From Eledone cirrhosa (taxonomy: Eukaryota), in assembly GCA_964016885.1 (NCBI GenBank), contig OZ024749.1, forward strand, positions 49,104,001-49,168,000: DNA of 64,000 nucleotides, in the 5' to 3' direction. Shown in pieces: positions 1 to 15,032 of the stretch. The notes under the pieces are model-generated. The model was not told the origin of the DNA. It saw only the letters and a list, made by a program, of their open reading frames with translations, and did no database searches. Each line of letters starts with the position of its first letter. The stretch's first letter is position 1. Made by a program: the position numbers and the translations under genes.

Positions 1-1780
1 TTCTTCCAACAGATATTCTGTGTAATTTATATATTCTTCAAGTAATATTCGTCTAATTTCTTGCAGTGAAAGACATCTCTAAAACTCATTCGACTCGGTT
101 CTATATTTTTATTTATTTATTGAAGGAAGCATTTTTAGACAGCTACTCATACCTGAGCTGTTTGTTGTCACTTACTGAAATGGTGTATTGGCGGCTATTA
201 TCGCCATCTGCTACACAAACACTCCACCATTTCGTTAGCAAAAGGTTTTTTTACACTTTTCTTGTCACAAATTTCCCTGTGCTATTGGAATTACTAACCT
301 AACGTTTTGAACTTTCCAGATATATATAACAACTAGAAGTTAAATCGATAACTACTATTGCGTTTGTTTCAGAACCAGAAACCTCACAAAATATCTATTC
401 AGAAATGTTCACTAAAATTTGGTCTAATTAATCAGTCATAATATTAAACAATAATAACAGTTTCGTATGATCGAAACTACCATAAGGCTAGACATGAAAA
501 ACAATAGAACTATCACAGGTGTACATGATCATGTTTGATAGTCATATAAATATCCATAATATCACACAATATTCTTTAACCCCTATATTTCCTACATTTT
601 CTATTAGTGTTTTATGATCAATGCCTTACAATATATAACATATTTTATTTTAAATCGTCCGTTTGGGTGATGCTGAAAATCAAACTCATATTGTAGCATC
701 TACTGTTCAAATAAATTCCAGCTTCCTATTGTTCGACGCCCCAATAGAGTCACTCTATCCAACGCTGTTAGAAGCAGTATGACTCTTACAGATGTTTAAC
801 ATATAAATATTTATATGGCTCCTATCTAAAACACTTGTTCAGTGTGTTCACTGGACAAGTATGAATTTAGATATGTATGGCTGGTATATTTAGAAATCGA
901 GTGATAATGAACAGACTTTCTTTTTCCCTATATCTGTCTCGGATAATATATTTTGCGCTAGTATTAATGTTTCACCTAGTCCTGAATGATTGTATTTAGC
1001 TTTCGGCATTTTCAATAATCATTATAATAGTGAAGTATTTGTTATTAATCATTGTGATATTTCAGATTATTGGTTATTTGTAAGAAAAAATAGCTAAGCG
1101 AATGTACCGTGGTATTCATATCTAAAGTGTTTATCAATGATAGTGAGTTGAATAGAAGAATAGGCTATTAGCTTTTCTTAGAAAATTGCCGTGCTTTCAT
1201 TTATGAATATTATTTGTTTGGTGGTGATAAGTATGTTGTTAGAAGGCTGTTAACTTGATGCTGGCCGATAATGCTGAATAGATACAGCTTGAATATATGA
1301 GTATATTTCTGTAACTGGTAATGCTATGATACATTTATTGTTTCTAGGGCACTGAGAGCGTTCTAATAGATATATGCCTGTCTTACAGGTTCTGTGTTTG
1401 ATTAAATAGTAAGGGATTCACAAGAAAAATAGAGTTTCACTTTAATAGATGCCTTTCAAAACTATTTTTTCATTCCCGGAAGAAATAATCCAAAGTACTA
1501 CTCCAGAGTAAAAGAATTGAGGAGCTCCTATAACGGTGAATACGCTATTATTTGTTCCAACAAGTTATATTCTGGCCTAATGTGAATATCTTCATTGTTT
1601 GTATGCCAGACTTAATCCGCCATCCTCATTAATATCATTACATATATATTCAATAACAATAGTGGGGTGCAATCAGCTGCAAGCATTGTGACAGGCTCAT
1701 TAATTTGAAAGCAACTTAAAACTTATCTAAAGCCTATATACAGAAGCCAAGAACTGGTCACCAGAACGACCCCATCTCTC

Positions 1781-1820
<40 letters not shown>

Positions 1821-1835
1821 TGTGTGTGTGTATGT

Positions 1836-1873
<38 letters not shown>

Positions 1874-2274
1874 ATGTGTGTGTGTGTGTGTGTATGTATA
1901 CTAAGCATAACAAGCTATTTCAATGACAACTGTACACACTGAGATAATATTACATACACACATCCGGGCACATATATAAATACAGACAGAGAAAACTAGA
2001 AAATGAGGGATAGGAGAGGGAAATGGAGAGTCTAGATAGAAAGTATACAAACAAAGGATTTAATACAATCCAACTATCTTTTGTGTTTTCTTCAATACGA
2101 ATTTATCCTTCGTTTTCAAATATAAATTGTAAAAACTTCGTGGAAATTATTATTTATGATTTAATTCGATTTTCCATAACCTCTTACAATGACTTCAACA
2201 CACTACGGTTTGAGAGGATGAACAACAATCATAAAATAATGTATGTATGATATCAGTATGTATGTATTAGTATG

Positions 2275-2338
<64 letters not shown>

Positions 2339-2493
2339 CATACATAGATACTTATACATGCACACATTGTGGATTTCTATAATTTTGCAATCAAAAGACA
2401 TTCTGATTTAATTCCATTCACAGAAACAAACACTATATATATATATATATATATACTGGTGTGTGTGTGTGTGTGTGTGTATGTATATATATT

Positions 2494-2525
<32 letters not shown>

Positions 2526-2591
2526 GATTACATTTTAGTATATACATAACCATAAATAGTATCCTTAATACTATATATATATGTATATATT

Positions 2592-2635
<44 letters not shown>

Positions 2636-3112
2636 GGTGTGTGTGTGGGTGTGCGTGAGTGTGTGTGTGGGGATGTGGGGGTGTATGTGGGTGTGGGTGT
2701 GTGAGTGTGTGGGTGGGTGTGTGTGTATAAAATAAATAGTGGTTCTTTTAAATTAAATGTACATTTTGGTATTGCATTTTATATTGTGATCTGATATAAA
2801 CATAACTTCTCACTTTGTTCTGGCAAACGAAAGGCAACATATTAATATTTGTGAATTCTTAAGAATAATATATTTTGTGCATATTTGCATATATTTTTAT
2901 GCAAACATACACAAAGAAAAATGTCCAAAGTTGTACAAACATGCAATTACACAGAATGAAAACTTGTGTAATAAGTTGGGAATATATTTCATATTTCCCG
3001 TCGAAGGGCTTATATACACAACATATCAGATCAGGAGCTGTTCAAGTTAAGTTAATCTAATTTAAATCTATCTGTTCTTACTCGTACGATTCTAGACTGG
3101 AATGGTTATATA

Positions 3113-3148
<36 letters not shown>

Positions 3149-3150
<2 letters not shown>

Positions 3151-3280
3151 TTGTTTCTACTTTAGGCACAAGGCCAGCAATTACCCAGTGCATTACTTGT
3201 ACTTTATTTTATCGACCCCGTAAGGATGAAAGGCAAAGTCAACCTCGGTGGGATTTGAACTCAGATCGTAAAGGGACGTA
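3149..3280 (-). mobile_element. SINE family A, 5'-truncated copy
   Basis: Reverse complement of the family body gagttcaaatccc...gcctttcatccttacggggtcgataaaataaagtac...aagtagaaacaatt. Confidence 0.85.
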
Positions 3281-3385
3281 ATATATATATATATATATAT
3301 TAATAAAAGGAATTCCAACTTTGTCTGATTTACTCGTTTTATTTACAATCCTTTAACATTTATAATGGTATTAGAATGAAATAAT

Positions 3386-3572
3386 TGTTTCTACGTTAGG
3401 CACAAGACCAGCAATTACCGATTGCATTACTGGTACTTTATTTTATCGACCCCGTAAGGATGAAAGGCAAAGTTAACCTCGGCGGGATTTGAAATCAGAA
3501 TGGCAAGGGCCATAACTCTATACGTCAAAGCATGCCGTCCGACCCTCTAACAATACTGCCAATCCACCGCCC
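3386..3572 (-). mobile_element. tRNA-derived SINE family A, full length, 9-bp TSD
   Basis: Starts ggcggtggattggcag on the minus strand. TSD tgaaataat at 3377-3385 and 3573-3581. Confidence 0.9.
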
Positions 3573-3631
3573 TGAAATAATATGGTAGAATATTAAATGT
3601 TAAGTGTTAATTCAATTAACACTTAATATTT

Positions 3632-3818
3632 GCGGTGGATTGGCAGTATCGGTAGAGGGTCGGGCGCCATGCTTTCCAGCATAGTTACGTCCCTTTACGA
3701 TCTGAGTTCAAATCCCGCCGAGGTTGACTTTGCCTTTCATCCTTACGGGGTCGATAAAATAAAGTACCAGTAATGAACTGAGTAATTGCTGGCCAGGTGC
3801 CTAAAGTAGACACAAATA
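3632..3818 (+). mobile_element. tRNA-derived SINE family A, full length
   Basis: A-box-like tggcagtatcgg, B-box gagttcaaatccc and central gcctttcatccttacggggtcgataaaataaagtaccag. Confidence 0.9.
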
Positions 3819-3989
3819 TTTAATATTGTACCATACTATTTCATTCTAATACCATTATAAATGTTAAAGGATTGTAAATAAAACGAGTAAATCAGACAAA
3901 GTTGGAATTCCTTTTATTAATATAATCTTCTATACACAATCATACACACCCGTGTATATTTATATATTTATATATATATATTTATATAT

Positions 3990-4046
<57 letters not shown>

Positions 4047-4365
4047 CTTCATATATATATATATATATATATCGGAATGGTTTCGGTTTGAATCTGGTTG
4101 GACCATTATCCAAGAGCACTCGATTATTTGTGTGGTAGAGTAGTTGAAATAACACAGGGAAGATGCTATTGACGATTCAGAAACGAGGACTGCATCCACC
4201 TGAATTATTCAAGAAAAGGATGCACAAAGGTTTTGGATTCTGATCTATATTCCGCATTTGTATCGATCTTAAATAGATGAAAAGCAATGTTGACTTCAAA
4301 AGGATTTTAATTGGTTAACTCAAGGAGCATCCTACCCACGTGCTAACGACTGACAATTCGCCACT

Positions 4366-4491
<126 letters not shown>

Positions 4492-6813
4492 CATATATAT
4501 ATCAGCAAATGTGTGTGTTTATTCACGTGCACCACCACGTGGCTGTACATATATAAATAGAGAGAGTGACAGATAGAACTAGATACATACAAACAAGAGA
4601 TAGCATACAAAAAAGGGAGAAAGAGAGTGTATGATAGTAGCCAAAGATACAGTTCACAGAATATATACATACAATAATTAGGGCGTTTAGAATTTTATCA
4701 CTTCCAGCGTCTGTGCAATTTATAGTCTTAGAAATTAATCTAGTGGAATAATCTTTCTATACAACTTCTCAGGGTCTATTATTTTTGTAATATGGTCAAT
4801 TTCATCTTGATTATGAGTGATCGTTATCATGTTAAATATACTGTATATTTCTTCTAAACTATAAATGACATTTCTATTAAATGGTAAAAAAGACTGATTT
4901 AGAAAGCGGTATTGGTCACAATATTATGAACTCAAAGTAACATGATAAGGAGGAATTAGGAGTGAGTTTGACGTTTCGGTCATACTAGGCGTGTATATAT
5001 ATATATATATATAAAACGGTGAATGGGGTTGGTTATATATGTACGTATATTTATAGTCACGGCATTTCTAGATACGAATGTGAGATTTGGATACAACATT
5101 TAAATGGCTGTACGAATTTTCCAAGCAAAGATTCTGCCAAAACAACAACTGTATAAGCAATGTACGAAAATTAAATGATATTTTGACAGAAATCGGCATC
5201 GCATATTTTCGTAATGCATGCAATAAATACTTTCAGAACATCATACACACAAACTCTAAAATTTATTTTGCCGGTTATGGGTGACAATAGATGAGTGAAG
5301 AGCATGTTGTGATAATCGTTAAGGGTGTTTAAAATAGAAGCTTCCATCTCCGAGCAAAGCATCCTCGACGCAATGCGGGAAACCACATATATAATATTAG
5401 GTAGTGAGTCAAGGTCTCGATAGTACCCTTTACAATAGCAGTACATATATATATAAGTTAACATTAAATATTCTAGAATCAGTATGAATTTTCCTATGGA
5501 GTGCAAGCACATATTATGAAGGATGAGAAGCACATTAGTCATTATCAAATTGTATTTCATTGATGTTTCCCATATAGATTTGAGTAACTGTTATTAATTA
5601 TTCAACATATTGATGAACATCTTGTTGATTTTCCCTCTGAAACGATCGTAAAATTTCGAATAAATTAACTACTAATTATTGTCTTATTTCTTTTCATTGT
5701 TAGCCATTTTTTATATTTGTTTTCTTTTATTGTTATAAAGTCTTTGAAACAGAATGGTCGTCTGCTACATTTTTTACAAATGTGTAAAAACAAATTGAAC
5801 TCCATTTTCAACCTAGTCATTTTATAATATTTTCTGAGATATCAATTCTTATTTGTTTGTTAAAATATGACATATATGACAATTGTTTCGACATTTCACT
5901 TTTACAATTTTTTTCACTCATTTTCTTTTCTTTTCGCTATCACATTTGTGCGCCTACTTGAACGTATACATAACTTGTGTTCTATAGAATTTATTTCAAA
6001 CTGTATTTCTTATACACAAAGGTATGTATCTCTGTCTAATCCGCCTGTCACATTTCAAGGCACCGATAGACATATACAATAATAAAACATAAGAGAAAAT
6101 ATATGACTAAATCAAAGAGAATCCTGCGCTATAAACTATATATATATAAATCCGACAATAACATTTAAATAGTCAAATCACATAGCTGCATGTTTTATTA
6201 CGACACTGTGGTCATTAAATTTTTCGTAATTATGTATTTTTGTAAAAAAAATAAAAACATTGAATACGTACGTTTTTCTTTTTACTTCTTGATTTATACA
6301 TGAATATAACCGCATTTCTTTGACATATACTAAACTTCTTTTCACAATTCCAGCCGGACACTCACAATGTGATATAACTTTTGCGTTAAAGTCAACCAAG
6401 TGAGTGCTTGTGTGAAAGTATATGTAACTGTACTTGCATTTGTCTTGTTTTTCTTGTAGACATTGCATGTGGGGTTATCGGTGTTGTAACTATAGTTATG
6501 TTTGTGTGCCAAGTGCACGCAGGGGGCTTGTGTATATATTCATTCAAGAAATAGAAAATGGATAATTCTTTGAAATATCTGGTAATTCATCATTTTTCTG
6601 CTAAGTGATTGCATTTGGAGGATACGGTATAATTCGATTTGCTCTTTAGGGGAACATCTGATCCTTCCAGATATTTATTCAAAACCCAATTTACATATTT
6701 CAGTGCACCTTTGATTATACGAAAACATTTATGTGTGTATGCATTATACTTATACCTTATTTTAAAATCTATATTTTTTTCAGTATGTATATAATTTTGT
6801 AGAGGTACCTACA

Positions 6814-6851
<38 letters not shown>

Positions 6852-7070
6852 ATTTATGTGTGTGCGTGTGGAGGGAGTTGTGAATAAGTATCCTCACTTG
6901 TGGCTGTTCTTTGAATCACTAATATTCAGAGTAATATATTGATGGGTTCTTGTAATTTAATGTAAAGTATATTAATAAATATAATACACATTATGGACAT
7001 TAATAGGAGCAACTGAAACAAAGTAGTATTAGTGGTGGTGGTGGTGGTAGTAGAAGTAGTATTAGCAGCG

Positions 7071-7118
<48 letters not shown>

Positions 7119-7199
7119 ATGGTGCTGGCAGTAGTAGTGGTGGTGGCGGTGGTGGTGGTGGTGGTGGTATTATTATTATTATTATTATTATTATATGGA

Positions 7200-7615
7200 T
7201 TGCTTTCCAGCATAGTTACGTCCCTTTACGATCTGAGTTCAAATCCCGCCGAGGTTAACTTTGCTTTTCATCCTTACGAGGTCGATAAAATAAAGTACCA
7301 GTAATGCACTGGGTTATTGCTGGCCTTGTGCCTAAAGTAGAAACAATTATTATTATTATTAGGATTGGCAGTGTCGGTAGAGGGTCGGACGCCATGCTTT
7401 CCAGCATAGTTACGTCCCTTTACGATCTGAGTTCAAATCCCGCCGAGGTTGACTTTGCCTTTCATCCTTACGGGGTTGATAAAATAAATACCAGTAATGC
7501 ACTGACAATTTGCTGGCCTTGTGCCTAAAGTAGAAACAATTATTGTTCGATAACATAAAGTACCAGTAATACAGTGGAATAATTGCTGGCCTTGTGCCAA
7601 AAGTAGAAACAGTTA
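7200..7615 (+). mobile_element. Tandem SINE family A cluster: truncated copy, full copy and an extra 3' tail, separated by (ATT)n
   Basis: Copies at about 7200-7350, 7362-7545 and 7555-7615, each ending ggccttgtgcc.aaagtagaaaca followed by (att)n. Confidence 0.88.
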
Positions 7616-7797
7616 TTATTATTATTATTATTATTATTATTGTTATTCCTTGAATCTCAGTCATTGATGTTGGTTAACTGGAAAGTCGAAAGTCCGTTGG
7701 AATGAATATCAAGCCACTACCTGCAGCCTCAGATATTCAGGACGTATCGGAGGGTTCTTGCTGTTCCAAGCAAGCTTATTATTATTATTATTATTAT

Positions 7798-7841
<44 letters not shown>

Positions 7842-8391
7842 TATACACCATCACCGCCGGCGGCAGTAGTAACAGTGGAGTCACAAGCAGTTGCAAGAGA
7901 CTTGCGATTGTTGGATATCTGATTCCGGCTATGTCACAGTTTGCTAATTTATTAAATCGTGGAAACAGTTTAATTCTTATTTGTGAAAATTGGTTTGACA
8001 TTTATAGGTTTGGAATGGTAAATAAACCACGTGATGCAGCCTCTTTCACTGTTGCATGTGTCATAAAAGCATAGTTTATTGAAACTGTGTCTCACTACCT
8101 TAGCACATTTTCGAATTTATTTCATTTTATTTATCATACTAAATTAAATTCTCCATTTTTTGCCGTGAGAAAGAAAATAAATTATTCTTCAATTTTGCAT
8201 TTAATTGAAATAAAGAGGATACGTATGTTCAATTTATATTTTTATATGACAGTACATTTATTTCAGTCCTTGGTTTAATCTCCAAATATCACGCAAAGTT
8301 TCTCTCTCAAACTTTCATTTATCTCCTCCCTTGCCGCTTTCACTCTATTAAAATAACTGTCTTTCTCGTGTATATATATATATATATATAT

Positions 8392-8530
8392 ATTAGAATT
8401 GGTGCTCTGAAATAGCGATATATATATGAATGTATATATATAGTGTATTTTGCAATACACTGTATGCTTAATTAAAAGCCTTTTGAAGATCTTACGCTAT
8501 TGTTTTAAAGTAGTGACTATGTCACTTACT
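8392..8530. repeat. Dispersed fragment of the 316-bp repeat family
   Basis: ttagaattggtgctctgaaatagc...gctattgttttaaagtagtgac matches about 43611-43745. Confidence 0.85.
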
Positions 8531-8559
8531 TCTTTTTTCAACATTCATAATTTTCAACA

Positions 8560-8612
<53 letters not shown>

Positions 8613-9008
8613 GGTATGAGTGTGAGTGTGTGTGTGTATATATATATGTGTGTGTGTGATGGTATCTAAGATGCTTCCATAGGCGGTATGCCGGTTGAGC
8701 ACTCTGTGCTCTTACAGAGCAGAGTATGATATAACACACAATAAATTGAGTTCAGATGCATCACTGATTTTTCGTTTTCTATTATATATATATATATTTT
8801 TTTTTTACCTGAGTCCTGTATTTCCGTTGCTCTGGTATGCGGCTGGACTGCCGATCGCTATATTTGATTATTTGATTATTTGATTTGCTAAGCTGTCTAA
8901 ACGTATTGTTATTACTCTGGGGTACTTTTCCCCACCCGAGTGCTAAAGCTACATACGTAATTTGCATTCGTTAGCTTGGCCGCGAATTATAACTTAGTTA
9001 ATGCTGTA

Positions 9009-9085
<77 letters not shown>

Positions 9086-9142
9086 TCCTGACCGAAACGT
9101 TTGTTCGGTCTTATCAGGATGTTATTATATATATATATAGAA

Positions 9143-9336
9143 AATAATTGTTTCTACTTTTGGAACAAGGCCACCAATTACACCTGTGCATTACTGGTGC
9201 TTTATTTTATCAACATCTTAAGGATGAAAGGCACAGTTAACTTCGGCGGGATTTGAACTCAGACCGAAAAGGGACGTAATTCTTTGCTGCAAAGCATAGT
9301 GTTTGACTCTCTACCGATACTGCCAATCCACCGTCC
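9143..9336 (-). mobile_element. SINE family A, full length
   Basis: Colinear match to the reverse complement of 3632-3818. Confidence 0.88.
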
Positions 9337-9835
9337 TATATACAATAGATAATGTTAATCTATTTCTGCATTTGCTAGAATTTTTCTGCCTGGGATTTGA
9401 AATTTCTCCACAGCTTCCCGCCTTAAAATCTCCGCCGGGTATACATTAGTGTATACCCGGTTCAAATTCTACTAAGGCAATGCTAATCTACCACATGTTT
9501 AAAAACATTCTCCATTTAATAGTGAAAACATGCTTACACTTACAATGTTTTAACTTGTATATTTATTGCTTATAACGTTAGCATATGCGTAATAGATATA
9601 ATTTTATATAACATACATAGTACAACAATATATGAAACGAAATTAATTGTGTTCATGACCCAGAGCTCAAGGCAACAATTTCAGCCAGTCTTGCAGTAAA
9701 TACTGACGGTGAATTCCTTTCAGTATTTACATAGATATTTTATATTGAAAAGGTTGTTAAAGAAACATCGTCAGGGGAAATGATTCTGATAAATTAACAA
9801 TGTAAATTCATGCAATAAACACACGAACATACATT

Positions 9836-10791
<956 letters not shown>

Positions 10792-10947
10792 TTCGTATCT
10801 GAAATTTTTTAGCAAGATTCTTTATCTGAAATCCTGTGTTGAAACGGATGTGGCGCATGCGCAGACTGAGCACACAACACACACACAGAAACAAAATGGC
10901 GTAGGACAGAACAAAGGAGAGGCACAGAAACAAAGAAAGGAATCCCC

Positions 10948-10992
10948 AGTCACTGAAGAGGTCACAGAGTGTGTGACGAAAGAAATATGACT
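10948..10992 (+). ncRNA. Hammerhead-like motif with degenerate stem III
   Basis: agtca-CTGAAGA-g-gtcaca(gagtg)tgtgac-GAAA-gaaa-TA-tgact. Stems I (5 bp) and II (6 bp) are perfect. Confidence 0.6.
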
Positions 10993-11151
10993 AGATATAA
11001 ACAACTATCTTGTTGTGGAACCAACCAACCAACCAGAAATTTATAAATTTATAAATTTATTATAAATTGATTATAATAAATTGAAGTGAACGCAACTGGT
11101 GCGTGTGTTTCTTATTGGCAACATGGCCCTCCCAAAGTATAACAATATATA

Positions 11152-11282
<131 letters not shown>

Positions 11283-12785
11283 AGAGAGAGAACGAGACAC
11301 AGATTGATTATATAAAAACACACATTTTTATATATATATATATATATTGTGATATATGCAGGCACATATTGTGTATCTATGTGTTTGTATTTTTCCTTTT
11401 GTATATGCATATTTCTATTATCTTCAGTACTACATGAACTTCATTCCATCTATATATAGAAATGTGAAGAACGTTTTCACCGGAGTGTTTTGACTAATGT
11501 ATGCTTGATTTAACAATATTTGTTACCCTGCAGCTGAGAAACTAACTAAAAGTTAATATTTGTGCACGCTATTATTGGACGCGAGGCAATTGTTGTCACA
11601 TTTTAATGTAAAATCGAGCAGGCGAAAAATGTTTCCATAATGATCTAATCTTGCATACATTGAATTTAATCAGCGATGAAGAAGTCATAAACATACTGAC
11701 ATATGCTAGAAAACTGGTAGCATCTTTAATTTTACTCTCATTTGCCCCGAAGATTGATTAATCACGACCTGTATGTACTCTTTATGTGATTTTATTGCGT
11801 ATACTATATGTATTGATCAATTCTTCTACTCGGTTGAAATTCATTTACAACCGTACTAAGCGTCAAATTCTGTAATATATTTTTCGTTCCAGAAGCGATA
11901 TTTTCTGCTTAGATCAACTAGAGCTGTAGGCCTCTAACCTAGATTCATTGAAAATGCACCACCTCAACTAATACGTCCATCATTATCTGATGTTCGTAAT
12001 TTCATAGCAGTAGTTTTACATTATCATCCCTTAACAAATTCTGCATCTCATGTTTATTTAGTCTATTCGTCTCTGTTGCATATATTTGAACCAATGCTTC
12101 CGTCTTATGCTGCTCTCCTCATCACTTCATCCCACTTGTCATTAAAATATCGTTGGATAAAAGCATCAGATTAGAGATATTCACATTTATGACATTGTGG
12201 TAGCTTTCAAAAGCAAGTATTTAGGCACGTGTTATATAAAATATAGGGGCATAAGTAGTTTGTGTTAAATTTATAATATTGAAATTACTGTTTATTCCGA
12301 AATTGTTTTAGTCGGATACAGATCATTATTTTGTCACTTACTCTCATATTTTTGAAAGGAGTGTCATTTTCTTGAAATCAGAGTTATGACAACGTTGGAT
12401 AGAATGTTTGGTTACATTCGTTTCGGTTGAGTAAACTATTTTTCCTCGGGTTAATTCATTAAACATCATTTTCGTTAAACTCCATTGAATGGAAAATGTT
12501 TAAACGCCAAACTTATGAGATAATTATCTTAATCCATAAGTGATGTTAATTAGTATAACTTTGACTGTGGTATACTGATCAAAGTTCAGAAATCCGTCTT
12601 AATATTTAACTCGGTGAATTAAGAACTGCTATCATGTAAATGAAGACAATTGTACCATCTGAAACAATGCTTATAGTCATACACGGACCACTTTCAAGCA
12701 TGGAAGGAATCTAATGGATTTGTTAAAGTGGAGGCTGAACAGTTAGTAATACAAATATAATAATATAGCTACATAACATTATATA

Positions 12786-13641
12786 TAGAAAAGATGAATA
12801 TAAAATGAAAGTGCTTTTATAAAGGAATTTATTAGGTATTGACATATGTTTCTGTAACAGACGGAATACCTATGTATCGCTGTTTGCGTAATCATATAAT
12901 GTTAGCAAGTATTCGATAGCAAATGTATAATCAGTTGTCACTTCTTCAGAGAGATATTGGATAAATTGGAAAAAATCAGAAAAATCAAAGTATTTATATT
13001 AGTTGTAAGAAAGGAAGAGAGAAGGGATAGTATATGACAGATGGCAATTCAATTTGCTGGTAAACAAGTATATAGAAGGTTTTTTTAATGAGAATACAAC
13101 TAGTATATGGCTTATTTTATGTAAATAAGAATTTTTGGGAGTGCCTATTTTAATCTATATTTGACCAGTTGAACAATGGACAGGGCTGGTCGTTTGGTGT
13201 AGTAGTATTAATCTGTATTAATACTACTACACCAAACGACCAGCCCTGTCCATTGATCAACTCGTCAAATATAGATTAAAATAGACACTCCCAAAAATTC
13301 TTATTTAGATAAAATAAGCCATATAGTCATAGTATTCTCATTAAAAAATCTTCTATATACTTGTTTACCAGCAAATTGAATTGCCATCTGTCATATACTA
13401 TCCCTTCTCTTCTTCCTTTCTTACAACTAATATAAATACTTTGATTTTTCTGATTTTTTCCAATTTATCCAATATCTCTGAAGAAGTGACAACTGATTAT
13501 ACATTTGCTATCGAATACTTGCTAACATGATATGATTACGCAGTCAGCGATACATAGGTATTCCGTCTGTTACAGAAACATATGTCAATACCTAATACAT
13601 TCCTTTATTTTATTCCTTTCATTTTATATTCATCTTTTCTA
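12786..13641. repeat. Large near-perfect palindrome, arms of about 425 bp with a 4-nt loop at 13213-13216
   Basis: Centre reads gtagtagtattaat-ctgt-attaatactactac. The arms match out to tagaaaagatgaatataaaatgaaag with scattered substitutions and small indels. Confidence 0.95.
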
Positions 13642-13839
13642 CATTTTCTCCGGAATATAATTTATACTTGTTGAGCAAACCTACACGTACGCTGTTCATC
13701 TCTAACGTGACGATATATTATCACTACATTATTGATAACTTGAAATTTTAACCTTATATATATATATATATATATATTTACTTGGAACAACAACCCGGAC
13801 GCACAATATATGCATAATATAAACACACACACTGAAACG

Positions 13840-13876
<37 letters not shown>

Positions 13877-14259
13877 AAACCACTCAATAGACTTCTCCCT
13901 CCGGATGGATGAACCGCTCCCTGATTGACATTCACTGTTTTACGCTTAGTTTTGGTCACGTCAGGAGTGTAGCCATATTCCGATAACTGTTAATTATGAG
14001 GTGTCCATCAGCTATTTTAACATTTCTTGAGTTTTATGCTGCTGGGGTCCCGTTTGCTCTCTCTTCCTGAATAGTGTCTGGTTTAGACACCGACTACACG
14101 ACCTTGTGACGTGTTGCACTGGATGACATGATACCAGTAGCAGACAGAAGGCTGAATCGACTGTTTTATATATCTCCATCTAGGGCGGGTAAAATTCCCG
14201 AGATCCATGGACGAGTTCTCTCCAGCGGTCTCTGTCTCTCATTATCGTTGCCATACACC

Positions 14260-14873
14260 AGGACTCTGGCTTTACTGTAGCACCGGCTCAGAGCAGGAGA
14301 GTTAAGGCGAAAAAGGTATCAGATGCTGAATTTGCCGACGACATAGTTTGGGTGACAAATACAGTGAAGGAGGCAGAGTATTTGATGCGGGAGGTTGAGA
14401 CCCTGACGATGAGTGTGGGGCTGAGAACGAATGAGACTAAAACAAAATATATGGTAGAGAATGTTGAGAAGCCAGAGGGGATCACTAATGTAGGCGGGAA
14501 GCCGCTTGAATTGGTTGAGGGCTTCCTGGATTGTCGGAGCAAAGATTGGGAATTTGGAAGATGATATGGTTGAGAGGAAGTGCAAAGCCTGGGCGGCGTG
14601 CCACAGCTGGAGATTGGTGTGGTAGTCGGACCTTCGTAAAGACCTGAAAATCCGCCTCTTCATTGCTGTAGTGAAGTCTGTGCTGCTCTATGGGTCAGAG
14701 ACTTGGACACTGACAAAGAAACTCACTCAGATGCTGGATGGGTGCTACACGAGATGCTAAGGATGGCTCTGAACATTAATCAGTATACACTGAGGATGGA
14801 AAACTTAGAGCTGTATGGGAGCCTCACAAAAGTCATATCAAAGGTGACACGGAGGAGACTGAGGTTAGCTGAA
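14260..14873 (+). mobile_element. Decayed RTE-clade LINE fragment (RT C-terminal half)
   Basis: Manual translation gives SRRVKAKKVSDAEFADDIV, VGLRTNETKTKYM, LKIRLFIAVVKSVLLYGSETWTLTKK and RRRLRLA, with stops and frameshifts. These are RTE-type motifs. Confidence 0.88.
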
Positions 14874-14882
14874 ACTCAGGTT

Positions 14883-15032
14883 CAGAAGATCCCGTTAAGG
14901 GCGAAAGCAGCGATTCTTTGCTTAAACTTTAATCTGTTATTTTAATAAAGATATGCTCTACGGTTCTTATATATTTGATATATATTTATCCTTATCGAGC
15001 CCTCTTTCGATTTTAGTCTTCAAATTTATTAT

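Noticed and set aside
3632-3720. tRNA gene
   Set aside because: The A and B boxes belong to a SINE head. There is no full cloverleaf and the SINE body follows.
4960-4990. Minus-strand gaccGAAACGTC hammerhead 3' half; similar fragments at 4072-4125 and 9082-9122
   Set aside because: No matching CUGANGA core with paired stems, so too incomplete to call.
5087-5560. Non-repetitive ORFs of 65 and 129 aa
   Set aside because: No recognisable domain or convincing splice signals.
7200-7615. CRISPR-like repeat-spacer array
   Set aside because: The repeats are SINE tails in a eukaryotic context, with no regular unique spacers and no cas genes.
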